Assembly (NCBI GenBank): GCA_902518895.1
Contig: CABYHL010000002.1
Location: 8,680 to 72,679 of the forward strand
DNA from: an uncultured Alphaproteobacteria bacterium
GTDB taxonomy: Bacteria > Pseudomonadota > Alphaproteobacteria > HIMB59 > GCA-002718135
DNA length: 64,000 nt
Direction of reading: 5' to 3'
The position numbers and the translations under genes were made by a program. Within the stretch, counting starts at the first letter, position 1. Each line of letters starts with the position of its first letter. The notes under the pieces are model-generated. The model made no database searches and was not told where the DNA came from. It was given only the letters and a program-made list of their open reading frames with translations. Below are positions 1-8,837 of the stretch, piece by piece.

Positions 1-13
1 TTAAATAGCATTT

Positions 14-991
14 CTAACTACCCTCTTCCTTGAGCCTAATTCTAGGATCAATAAAATAATATGTGATGTCTACAATAAAATTTATCATAACAAATATAAA
101 AGCTACCATGATCATATATGCTGACATTATAGGAATATCGACAAAGTATACTGCTTTGATAAATAATGACCCCATGCCTGGCCATTGAAAAACTGTTTCT
201 GTAATAATTGAAAAAGCAATTAACGTTCCGATGTTGATACCTGTAATTGTAATAACTGGAATTAATCCATTTTTGAGCGCATGCTTATAATTAATAACAC
301 CCCTTTTTATACCTCTTGCTTTTGCAAATTTAATATAATCTGTTTGTAAAATTTCCATCATTTCAGCGCGGACTAATCTAATAACATAGGTCATTTGAAA
401 TAAACTTAACGTAACAGATGGGAGTATCAGTGCTTTTAAACCAGAAGTAGTTAAAAATCCTGTAGTCCAAAAACCTAATTGTGTAACTTCACCTCTTCCA
501 AAGGATGGAAGAACTCCTAAAATTACTGAAAACAAATAAATTAACATTATTCCTATAATGAATGTTGGTAAAGAAACCCCTGCTAGAGAAATTACAAGAA
601 TAATATTAGAAACAAAACTGTCTCTGTGAATTCCTGTATATACACCCAAAATAACACCGCTAATGATTGCAATTAAAGCGGAGACGAAAACTAATTCTAA
701 AGTTGCAGGCATTCTTTCTGCAATTAAGTCTGAAACTTCTCTTTTTAATTGGTATGATATTCCAAAATCACCTTGAATTACATTTCCTATAAAACGTGAA
801 AATTGAACGTAAACAGGATCATTTAAACCCAATACCTCTCTAACCTCAGCACGTCTTTCATCTGAAGCATCTTCTCCAGTCATACTATTTACTGGATCAC
901 CAACAAAATTAAATAAGGAAAATGAAACAAAAGCTACAACAATCATTACAAGAATAGATTGAAAGAGTCTTTTAAAGAAATAGCTAAACAT
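14..991 (-). CDS. ABC transporter permease, OppB/DppB type (peptide/nickel family)
   Basis: 325-aa ORF with multiple TM stretches. EAA-loop region 'FAKARGIKRGVINYKHALKNGLIPVITITG' is typical of OppB/DppB. It lies directly downstream of a family-5 SBP gene. Another minus-strand ATG at nt 11 starts a further ORF that runs off the window. Confidence 0.85.
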   Translation of the reverse strand: MFSYFFKRLFQSILVMIVVAFVSFSLFNFVGDPVNSMTGEDASDERRAEVREVLGLNDPVYVQFSRFIGNVIQGDFGISYQLKREVSDLIAERMPATLELVFVSALIAIISGVILGVYTGIHRDSFVSNIILVISLAGVSLPTFIIGIMLIYLFSVILGVLPSFGRGEVTQLGFWTTGFLTTSGLKALILPSVTLSLFQMTYVIRLVRAEMMEILQTDYIKFAKARGIKRGVINYKHALKNGLIPVITITGINIGTLIAFSIITETVFQWPGMGSLFIKAVYFVDIPIMSAYMIMVAFIFVMINFIVDITYYFIDPRIRLKEEGS

Positions 992-999
992 GGTTTAAT

Positions 1000-1023
1000 T
1001 TCTGGCCAGATTACTGGCCAGAA
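1000..1023 (-). promoter_or_regulatory. Intercistronic GC-rich stem-loop between SBP and permease genes
   Basis: Perfect 10-bp inverted repeat TTCTGGCCAG / CTGGCCAGAA with a 4-nt loop, read directly. It sits between the SBP stop (1037) and the permease ATG (991). No U-tract follows it on the minus strand. Confidence 0.7.
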
Positions 1024-1036
1024 AATATAAAATTTA

Positions 1037-2611
1037 TTAGTTTACGTTTGCAAATCTAAATAATGGCTCGTTGTTCATTCTAATTGGAACATCGACATTA
1101 CTTTTTGATGCTTGGTTGACAACTTGGTGATGTAAAGGAAGATATGTTACATCATCTTGAGTAATATCCCAAGCTTCAGCAATCATAGCATTTCTTTTAT
1201 CTTGATCTGTTTCAACACCCATTGCCGCTACTAACTCATCAACTCTAGCATTGCTGAAATTAACTTTATTCCAGCTGCCAGCACTATCAAATAAGTACGA
1301 GTATACGTAGTGACTATCAAAAGTTGGAACACCCCAACCTAACATGTACATGTCACTTGTCATACCATTTGCGTCACCTTCTTTAACTTCTGAGAAGTGT
1401 TGACTTTTAGTTTTTGCATCAAGAGTTACATCAACTCCAATTTTAGCAAACATACCAATTGCAGCAACACAGATTGCTTCATCATTAATATAACGATCAT
1501 TTGGACAATCTAGTGTAACCTCAAATCCATCTGGATAACCAGCTTCTGCTAATAGTTTTTTTGAAAGCTCTGGATCATAAGGTAATCTTTGATCACGCGC
1601 AGCTGTATGACCGTTTACACCAGGAGCAGTGATAATTCCTGCAGGAACACTTTGTCCTCTCATTACCTTATCCTTAATAGCTTCCATATCTAAAGCATGG
1701 TACATAGCTAAACGAACTCTTTTATCTGCAAAAGGATTTTTACCTTTGATATTAGATGAATTTAATTCAGCAGAACCTTGATCCATACCAAAAAATATTG
1801 TTCTATTTTGAGGAGTCATTTTTACACCATGTCCAGCAGAAGATTTGATTCTCTCAATATCTTGAACAGGAACAACGTTTGTGTAGTCAATTTCTCCAGA
1901 CAGAAGTGCTGCAACTCTTGTTGCATCATTTGCAATTGGAAGTAATTCAATAGTATCTACATTGAAAGTACTATCATCACCCCACCAATCATTATTTTTT
2001 TCAAAAACAGTTCTTACGTCCTGTTCTCTAAAAGTAATTTTGAAAGGTCCAGTTCCGTTTGCATTAGAAGCACAATAAGATGTTTCACCTGCATCCCAGT
2101 TGTATGAAACTTCACAACCATTTGCTTTTGCCCAATCTTCAGACATAACAAATATCTGAGTTAATTGATTTAAAAGAATTGGATTTGGTCCATCTGTTAC
2201 AATCTGAACTGTGTGATCAGTTAATGCTGATGCTGATTTAATGCTTTTAATTAAATCTACCATATCAGATGGAGCAGTTTTTGCTCTATTGATACTAAAA
2301 GCAATATCACTAGCTGTTAAATCTGATCCATCATGAAATTTTACACCCTTACGAATTGTAAATATCCAAGTGTCATCAGCAGTTGTTTTCCATGATTCAG
2401 CAAGTTGAGGAAGTATTTCCATATTAATACCTGGAGTTACTAAACCTTCATATACTTGACGTGAAACCATGTGAGTTGGTCCTTCGTTTTGTGCATGCGG
2501 ATCAAGAGTTAAAGAGTCACCAGGCATTGACCATTTAATAGTGTTTGCAAATGCTGGTGAGAAAATACCCATGAAAAGCAAAGACAAAACAATGCTTAAA
2601 GTTTTTTTCAT
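1037..2611 (-). CDS. ABC transporter substrate-binding protein, family 5 (peptide/nickel/opine type)
   Basis: The ORF track gives 1037..2647. I prefer the internal ATG at 2611 (MKKTLSIVLSLLFMGIFSPAFA signal peptide), which is preceded by GGAGG with a 7-nt spacer. Length and composition fit SBP_bac_5. Confidence 0.85.
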   Translation of the reverse strand: MKKTLSIVLSLLFMGIFSPAFANTIKWSMPGDSLTLDPHAQNEGPTHMVSRQVYEGLVTPGINMEILPQLAESWKTTADDTWIFTIRKGVKFHDGSDLTASDIAFSINRAKTAPSDMVDLIKSIKSASALTDHTVQIVTDGPNPILLNQLTQIFVMSEDWAKANGCEVSYNWDAGETSYCASNANGTGPFKITFREQDVRTVFEKNNDWWGDDSTFNVDTIELLPIANDATRVAALLSGEIDYTNVVPVQDIERIKSSAGHGVKMTPQNRTIFFGMDQGSAELNSSNIKGKNPFADKRVRLAMYHALDMEAIKDKVMRGQSVPAGIITAPGVNGHTAARDQRLPYDPELSKKLLAEAGYPDGFEVTLDCPNDRYINDEAICVAAIGMFAKIGVDVTLDAKTKSQHFSEVKEGDANGMTSDMYMLGWGVPTFDSHYVYSYLFDSAGSWNKVNFSNARVDELVAAMGVETDQDKRNAMIAEAWDITQDDVTYLPLHHQVVNQASKSNVDVPIRMNNEPLFRFANVN

Positions 2612-2671
2612 ATTATTTCCTCCATAGAAATTTGATGTTAGACCCATACAACTTCAATGGAAATATTCAAT

Positions 2672-2686
2672 ATTATTAGTATTAAT
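2672..2686. repeat. 15-bp direct repeat copy 1 (ATTATTAGTATTAAT) in divergent promoter region
   Basis: An identical 15-mer recurs at 2707..2721, an offset of 35 bp, in the 105-bp SBP/nth intergenic region. Confidence 0.6.
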
Positions 2687-2706
2687 AAGTGCTATATTTT
2701 GTCATA

Positions 2707-2721
2707 ATTATTAGTATTAAT
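2707..2721. repeat. 15-bp direct repeat copy 2 (ATTATTAGTATTAAT)
   Basis: Identical to 2672..2686. Confidence 0.6.
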
Positions 2722-2752
2722 TTAGACATAACCATGGAGGAGGCTTGATATA

Positions 2753-3403
2753 GTGAAAAAAATAGAGAAGGCACAAGAGATCTCTAGAATACTAAATCGT
2801 ATATACAGAAAAGTACCTATTCCTCTTAACCACAAAAATAAATTTGAATTAGTTGTGGCTGTACTTCTTAGTGCTCAATGTACAGATGAAAGAGTTAATC
2901 AGGTTACACCAATACTATTTAAAAAAGCTAACACAGCTATAAAAATGACAAAAGTGCCTAAAAAAACAATTTATAATATTATCCGCCCTTGTGGTTTGGC
3001 ACCTCAAAAATCAAAAGCAATTTTTGAACTATCAAGAATTCTTGTTAAAAAATTTAAAGGCAATGTTCCAGAAAGTTTTGAGGAATTAGAAAAGTTGCCA
3101 GGTGTTGGTCACAAAACAGCCAGTGTTGTTATGTCTCAAGGATTTGGTCATCCAGCATTTCCAGTTGATACGCACATTCATCGTTTAGCTCAACGTTGGG
3201 GTTTAACAAATGGTAAAAATGTTGCCCAAACAGAAAAAGATTTAAAATATCTTTTTCCAAAAAAATCTTGGAACAAACTTCATTTACAAATAATATTTTA
3301 TGGAAGAGAATTTTGTCAGGCAAGAAGTTGTTATGGTTTGAAGTGTGAAATATGCAAGGTTTGTAATCCAAAGAGAAAAACGCCTATTAAAACAAAAAAG
3401 TAG
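2753..3403 (+). CDS. nth: Endonuclease III (DNA glycosylase/AP lyase)
   Basis: 216 aa with a GTG start 9 nt after GGAGGAGG. HhH-GPD motif 'LEKLPGVGHKTASVV' and a C-terminal Cys cluster 'CQARSCYGLKCEICKVC' consistent with a 4Fe-4S site. Confidence 0.9.
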   Translation: MKKIEKAQEISRILNRIYRKVPIPLNHKNKFELVVAVLLSAQCTDERVNQVTPILFKKANTAIKMTKVPKKTIYNIIRPCGLAPQKSKAIFELSRILVKKFKGNVPESFEELEKLPGVGHKTASVVMSQGFGHPAFPVDTHIHRLAQRWGLTNGKNVAQTEKDLKYLFPKKSWNKLHLQIIFYGREFCQARSCYGLKCEICKVCNPKRKTPIKTKK

Positions 3404-3406
3404 TAA

Positions 3407-3826
3407 TTAAAAAGGCTGAAATACAACAAGTATAAGTATAAAAATCAATATTACTGCTGGAGCTTCATTTGTAATTCTAAAAAACTTAGTGGAGTATTTA
3501 TTTTTATCATTTTTAAAATCATTAAGACATTTTAAACAAAAAAAATGATAGCCAGATAATAAGATTACAAATAAAATTTTTAAAAGCAACCAAGTATCGA
3601 TACCCACATAATGTGTGAGTGTAAAACCTGATATCCACGTCACTATAAAAGCTGGAAACATTATTATTCTGTACAATTTTCCTTCCATTAGTTTGAATGT
3701 TTCTGAGGTTTCTTTTGTAATTTCAGGATTAGCATGATTTACAAACAAACGTGGCAGATATAAAAGTCCAGCCATCCAAGCTATGATACTAAAAATATGA
3801 ATAACTTTAAGAGTATTAAATAACAT
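3407..3826 (-). CDS. hemJ: Protoporphyrinogen IX oxidase, HemJ type
   Basis: 139-aa membrane protein with the signature 'LKVIHIFSIIAWMAGLLYLPRLFVNH'. It is the last gene of the heme operon. Confidence 0.75.
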   Translation of the reverse strand: MLFNTLKVIHIFSIIAWMAGLLYLPRLFVNHANPEITKETSETFKLMEGKLYRIIMFPAFIVTWISGFTLTHYVGIDTWLLLKILFVILLSGYHFFCLKCLNDFKNDKNKYSTKFFRITNEAPAVILIFILILVVFQPF

Positions 3827-3829
3827 TAT

Positions 3830-4639
3830 TTATTCCCATACCGCGTGGGGAGGCATTGACATTAGTATAGCATCAACATTACCACCAGTCTCTAGACCAA
3901 ATTTTGTACCTCTGTCATATAATAAGTTAAATTCAGCATAGCGACTACGCTTAACTAATTGTATCTTTTTTTCCTCTTCATTCCACTCCTTATCCTTAAG
4001 TGCAATTAAAGTATTTTTGATAAACTGATGAAAATAAGTACCTACGCCTTGGACAAATTCAAAATCTTTTCCCCAATCGCCAGTTTGAAGGTAATCAAAA
4101 AATATTCCTCCAACACCTCTTGGTTCGTTTCTATGTTTAAGAAAAAAATAGTCATCACACCATTTTTTAAATTTAGGATAATATGATTTATCATATTTAT
4201 TACATAAAAGTTCTAAACCACGATGATATTTTTCTTCATCCTCAAATATTACACAAGGTGTAATATCCATACCTCCACCAAACCATTCCTGAGTGGTTTT
4301 AATAAATCTTGTATTAAAATGCATAGAAGGAATTTTAGGTGAAACAGGATGTAATACAACACTAATGCCAGTTGCATTATAATTTGGATCTTCTTTAGCA
4401 CCCGGAATAGCATCTCTCATATTTTCGTTAAATGTCCCAGAGACAGTAGAAATATTTACTCCACCTTTTTCAATTATATTACCCTTTATTTTACTCATTT
4501 TACCACCACCATCACCTTTGTGATCCCAGTTAGTTATTTCAAATTGATTTTCATCAATGTTTTGAATAGTTTCAACTAAGTTATCTCGTAATTTTTCAAA
4601 CCATTCTTTTGCAGTATTAAATTTTGGATCAGCAATCAT
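3830..4639 (-). CDS. hemF: Oxygen-dependent coproporphyrinogen III oxidase
   Basis: 269 aa with 'WFGGGMDITP' and 'RGVGGIFFDY' motifs. ATGA overlap with the hemH stop. Confidence 0.9.
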   Translation of the reverse strand: MIADPKFNTAKEWFEKLRDNLVETIQNIDENQFEITNWDHKGDGGGKMSKIKGNIIEKGGVNISTVSGTFNENMRDAIPGAKEDPNYNATGISVVLHPVSPKIPSMHFNTRFIKTTQEWFGGGMDITPCVIFEDEEKYHRGLELLCNKYDKSYYPKFKKWCDDYFFLKHRNEPRGVGGIFFDYLQTGDWGKDFEFVQGVGTYFHQFIKNTLIALKDKEWNEEEKKIQLVKRSRYAEFNLLYDRGTKFGLETGGNVDAILMSMPPHAVWE

Positions 4640-5661
4640 AATGGCCAGCCTTGAGTATGTTTTTTTATCAGATTTACAAATAGGTTTATGTGATCATCGT
4701 GATCATTCAAGCAAGGTATATAATGATAATTTTCTCCACCTGACTCCATAAAATATTCTTTATTTTCTTCTTCAAGTTCTTCAAGTGTTTCAAGACAATC
4801 ACTACTGAAACCAGGAGATATTATATGTATATTTTTAATCCCTTGTTTTGGTAATTCTTTTAATGTTTCACTTGTATATGGCTTTAACCATTCCTCTCTT
4901 CCAAATCTACTTTGGAATGTAGTCATTATCTCATCATCAGATAATCCCATATGTTCTTTGACCAATCTTGTGGTTTTAAGACAAAAGCAATGATACGGAT
5001 CACCATTAGTCAAATACCGTTTTGGTATACCATGATAACTAAAAATAATTTTTTGTGGTTTTGAATTTATTTTCCAAAATGACTTTATTGAATTTGACAA
5101 TGCTTCAATATAATTTTTTTCTTCAAAGTACTGATTGATAAAACGCATTTCAGGTATCCAACGCCATTTTTGTAATACATTTGTTACTTCATCAAATGTA
5201 CTACCTGTTGTTGCAGCACAATATTGCGGATACATAGGTAGAACTAATAATCTTCTTACTTGTTTTTTTTGAAGTTTTAACAAAGCATCTGGAATTGACG
5301 GATTGCCATAACGCATCCCAACTTCAAAAACTATATTTTCATTTTTTGAAGAAAAAGATGATTGAATTTTATTTAGTTGTCTGTTTGCGATATCTAAAAG
5401 CGGAGAACCCTTATCAGTCCAGATTTGTTTGTATGCTTCTGCTGACTTTGATGGCCTTATTTGTAAAATTACTAGCTTCAATATAATTTGCCATAAGATT
5501 TTAGGTAATTCGATTACTCTAGGGTCTGACAAAAATTGATTAAGATAAACTTTTAGTTCTTTTTTATTTGGAGCATCTGGGGTGCCTAGGTTAGTAATTA
5601 AAACACCAATTTTTTCTTTACTCCCATGCTCATAATCTTTTTCACCAATATATTTAACCAT
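4636..5661 (-). CDS. hemH: Ferrochelatase
   Basis: 341 aa with 'IGVLITNLGTPDAP' N-terminus and 'MRYGNPSI' and 'PQYCAATTGS' motifs. Confidence 0.9.
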   Translation of the reverse strand: MVKYIGEKDYEHGSKEKIGVLITNLGTPDAPNKKELKVYLNQFLSDPRVIELPKILWQIILKLVILQIRPSKSAEAYKQIWTDKGSPLLDIANRQLNKIQSSFSSKNENIVFEVGMRYGNPSIPDALLKLQKKQVRRLLVLPMYPQYCAATTGSTFDEVTNVLQKWRWIPEMRFINQYFEEKNYIEALSNSIKSFWKINSKPQKIIFSYHGIPKRYLTNGDPYHCFCLKTTRLVKEHMGLSDDEIMTTFQSRFGREEWLKPYTSETLKELPKQGIKNIHIISPGFSSDCLETLEELEEENKEYFMESGGENYHYIPCLNDHDDHINLFVNLIKKHTQGWPL

Positions 5662-5666
5662 ATCTA

Positions 5667-6665
5667 TTAGCTAAATTCTTTTCTGATATTTTCTATAAAT
5701 AAATGAACATTTTTTTCTGGAGTATTTTTATTAATTCCATGTCCAAGGCCACAAATCCAGCCATTAAGCTTTTCAATTGATTTCATTTTTTTAATAAAAT
5801 CTTTTAAATCATTAAGAAATGTATCTGTTTCACTTAACATTAATTGTTCATTGAAATTTCCTTGAATAAATCCATGTTTTTGATTTTGAAACATAGATTT
5901 AAGATCTATTGTGTGATCATAGCCAAAACCTGCAAAAGGAAAACTGATGATGGAATTTAGATCTGTTAAACTCTTACCTCTTGAATAATAGCCAAGTTTA
6001 TTTGGAAAAGAAATTGCAATCTCTTCCAAAAATTTTGAATAAATTTCATGAAAATTTTTTTTATCTAAATCATACAAGGAGCTATCAAAAATCATGACAA
6101 GTTCAACACCTGCATCTAATTGTAATTGAATATTTTTCTTAAGAAGGGGTAAAAGAATTTTTGAAATAAATTCTAAATTCATTTTAGTGTCGATTAAATC
6201 AGAGTTATTATTTCCAAATGCATATTTTGATAATGTCCAAGGTCCACCAACAAATCCAATTAAACTTTTATTATTTGGCAATTTCTCTTTTGTTATTTTT
6301 ATAGCTTCAAATTGAAATTGCATATGCTCAATGCCACGATCAATATTACTATAATCATTAATGTTTTCTGAATTTATATAAGAATTAAATTTCGGTCCTG
6401 GGTCAAACTTTAATTCTAAACCAAGTCCCTCCAAAATAAATAAAATATCACTGAATAAAATTGCAATATCGTAATCAAACTCTTGTATTGGACCAAAAGC
6501 AACTTCTGCAGCTAGATCCGGAGTTTTACAAAGTTCTTCAAAAGTATATTTTTCTTTGAGCTTAAGATAATGCGAATGGTACCTTCCAGCCTGTCTCATG
6601 AACCAAATGGGTGGTGTTTTTTGAATATTTCTTTTGAGAGCATTTTCGAATAAGATATTTGTCAT
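5667..6665 (-). CDS. hemE: Uroporphyrinogen decarboxylase
   Basis: 'PPIWFMRQAGRYHSHY' motif. The ORF track start is 6695. I prefer the ATG at 6665, which forms an ATGA overlap with the stop of the upstream hemC-like gene. Confidence 0.88.
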   Translation of the reverse strand: MTNILFENALKRNIQKTPPIWFMRQAGRYHSHYLKLKEKYTFEELCKTPDLAAEVAFGPIQEFDYDIAILFSDILFILEGLGLELKFDPGPKFNSYINSENINDYSNIDRGIEHMQFQFEAIKITKEKLPNNKSLIGFVGGPWTLSKYAFGNNNSDLIDTKMNLEFISKILLPLLKKNIQLQLDAGVELVMIFDSSLYDLDKKNFHEIYSKFLEEIAISFPNKLGYYSRGKSLTDLNSIISFPFAGFGYDHTIDLKSMFQNQKHGFIQGNFNEQLMLSETDTFLNDLKDFIKKMKSIEKLNGWICGLGHGINKNTPEKNVHLFIENIRKEFS

Positions 6666-8176
6666 TTTTTGGCTTTTAGTAATTTTTTCTTCCAACTATC
6701 ATAAGATAGCTCAACAAAAAGATTTTTATCATTCCCTAATATTTTACTAATTTCATTGTAAGTATTTCCTGGGCCACAAAAATGATATTTTTCTATAATT
6801 TTAGGATATTTATCAATACTCGCCTTAAAAGCTGAGCTGCTCATCCAATAAAAGTACTTTTTCTTTTCTATATCTATTTCAAAATCGATAGACTCCAATT
6901 GATACGTTTCAATTTTATTTTTTATCAAACTTTCAGGAGATTGAGAATGAGTTAACTTAACCCAAGGATTATTTGTAAGTGAATTAATATCTTTATCAAA
7001 ATCCTCACCCAAACCATCTGAAGTTCCATTAACCCAAATACCTCTTTCAGATAAATTTTTCCATGTTCTTAAACCACTAGTCCAAATAACATTATTTGAT
7101 TTGATTTTTGACCTATCTGGGATTGAGCTAATTCGTGAAACATAAATACATTTATTTTGCAAATTATTTATATCATCGACATTTTCATTTATTTGTTTTC
7201 TAGAAAATATTTTATAATTTTTTAAATTTTCAGGATAAATTTCATCTGTTGTATTACTAGAAAAACTTATATCTTTTGGATCAATAAAATCCCAGCTCTC
7301 AAAATGATTGCCATTTTCATCTTCACCTCTTTTAGATACAACTAATCCTAATTTATGAGAGATGTAAGATACTCCTATTTTTTGGTGACATCCTCCTCCA
7401 TAATTTTTTAAAATATTTCTTTCTTGAATTACATTCGAATAATCTTTGGAAAAATTAATATCATTTAAAATTTCGTTTAGTTTATTATCTTTAATTCTTG
7501 TTTCAATCGCTAGAGCTCCTTGTCCAGGAGAACAAGGGTTTATTGACAATGGTAAAACAGACCATAGACATACGTTAATATATTTTTTCAGAGTTGTTTT
7601 TAATTCATTAAATTCAGAATAATTATTTAAAAGTAATCTATCAATTGCTGCCTTAGCAACAATAAAACCATCACTATTAGGATCTTCCAAAAATTTTTTA
7701 AATCTAGTGGGTATGTTACCTCTTATATTTTCAAAGTAAACTTCATCAAACTTATGTGGAAGATAATTTTCAATAAAATTTTCTAAATTATATTGTCTTC
7801 GAGGTGAGGAGCAAAGAATAGTAATTTTCTTACTATCCATTTTTTTATTTTTTTTTAAGAATAATATATCTCTTTTGTCGGCTCGTTTTAATGTTGCAGC
7901 TATTTTGGTTTTATCACCAACTTCAATTGGAAGATCCTTCCAAGAATGAACAATTATATCACATTTGTTATTTATTAATTCATCTCTTAAATCATTAGTA
8001 AAAACACCTTCTGTTGGCATTTCAGAAAGAGGTGTTTTTAGATCTTTATCTCCTGAAGTACTTCTTGTTAAAAATTCTATTTCTACAAAAGGATATTTTG
8101 ATTGCAAATAGTCGGAAAATTCACGTGCTTGAATTATTGCCAAGTCACTTTTTCTAGATAAAATTCTTATTTTCAT
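6662..8176 (-). CDS. hemC: Hydroxymethylbilane synthase (porphobilinogen deaminase) with about 190-aa C-terminal extension (candidate HemD fusion)
   Basis: N-terminus 'MKIRILSRKSDLAIIQA', 'VHSWKDLP', and the cofactor-Cys region 'GGGCHQKIG' are HemC signatures. At 504 aa it is about 190 aa longer than a standalone HemC. Confidence 0.8.
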   Translation of the reverse strand: MKIRILSRKSDLAIIQAREFSDYLQSKYPFVEIEFLTRSTSGDKDLKTPLSEMPTEGVFTNDLRDELINNKCDIIVHSWKDLPIEVGDKTKIAATLKRADKRDILFLKKNKKMDSKKITILCSSPRRQYNLENFIENYLPHKFDEVYFENIRGNIPTRFKKFLEDPNSDGFIVAKAAIDRLLLNNYSEFNELKTTLKKYINVCLWSVLPLSINPCSPGQGALAIETRIKDNKLNEILNDINFSKDYSNVIQERNILKNYGGGCHQKIGVSYISHKLGLVVSKRGEDENGNHFESWDFIDPKDISFSSNTTDEIYPENLKNYKIFSRKQINENVDDINNLQNKCIYVSRISSIPDRSKIKSNNVIWTSGLRTWKNLSERGIWVNGTSDGLGEDFDKDINSLTNNPWVKLTHSQSPESLIKNKIETYQLESIDFEIDIEKKKYFYWMSSSAFKASIDKYPKIIEKYHFCGPGNTYNEISKILGNDKNLFVELSYDSWKKKLLKAKK

Positions 8177-8218
8177 TACTTATATTTCTATAAATAACAC
8201 TATATTGTAAAATTGGTA

Positions 8219-8782
8219 ATGATTGAATTTAAAGGTACAAAATCTTCGTGGGGCTTGGTTGCAAAACTTTTTCATTGGTCATTGGCACTTCTTCTTTTTT
8301 GGCAAGTTGCAACAGGGATTAGCCTTCATAATATGGAATTTTCTCCTCTTAAAATGGGTTTTATTATTACTCATAAATTTTTTGGTACCTTAGTCTTTAG
8401 TTTAGTTGTGCTTAGATTAATGTGGAAATACATATTTAATACTCATCCTAAATATGAAAATATTCCTTTATTTCATAAATTAGTTTCAAATTTAGTCCAT
8501 TTTGTACTTTATGGTTTAGTAATTCTTATTCCTATTCAAGGTACCTTTATGACATGGCTTGGAGGAGAAGATGTTCATCTCTTGGGATTAATTAAAATAC
8601 CACCTTTAATCGAAGAGAACTTTTTTTTATACCCTCAAGCTCTTGCTATACACTACTACTCAGCACTTATGTTAACAGCTCTTTTTTCGCTGCATATTGC
8701 AGCTGCGTTGTATCATAGATTTATAATTAAAGATAAATATGGTGTCTGGAGGAGAATGTCTTTTAGTAGAAATAAGGTGTGA
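8219..8782 (+). CDS. Cytochrome b561 family protein
   Basis: 4-TM protein with conserved His residues ('LFHWSLALLL', 'ITHKFFG', 'HYYSALMLTALFSLHIAAALYH'). The track start at 8213 is TTG; the ATG at 8219 is preferred. Confidence 0.75.
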   Translation: MIEFKGTKSSWGLVAKLFHWSLALLLFWQVATGISLHNMEFSPLKMGFIITHKFFGTLVFSLVVLRLMWKYIFNTHPKYENIPLFHKLVSNLVHFVLYGLVILIPIQGTFMTWLGGEDVHLLGLIKIPPLIEENFFLYPQALAIHYYSALMLTALFSLHIAAALYHRFIIKDKYGVWRRMSFSRNKV

Positions 8783-8837
8783 CAATTCATTCTATTAAAT
8801 ACTTACAATTAAAGATTGGGTAAGATATCTAATAAAT

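Noticed and set aside
2612-2647. N-terminal extensions suggested by the ORF track. They are SBP 2647 against 2611, SBP 53053 against 53023, permease 51711 (TTG) against 51693, hemE 6695 against 6665, Bcp-like 18390 against 18333, and FucD 32686 against 32677.
   Set aside because: The internal ATGs give proper signal peptides or family-typical N-termini. They are also preceded by SD sequences, form ATGA coupling, or avoid overlap with divergent genes or hairpins.
3129-3371. An 80-aa minus-strand ORF inside nth. Similar short ORFs from the six-frame track lie at 5295..5486, 8992..9189, 10159..10356, 10353..10625, 12316..12504, 18805..18987, 20198..20380, 21363..21656, 22131..22313 and 24041..24241.
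   Set aside because: All lie entirely inside, mostly antisense to, long ORFs with clear family signatures. Their products are low-complexity L/F/I/K/Q-rich strings typical of off-frame translation of AT-rich DNA, and none has an SD.
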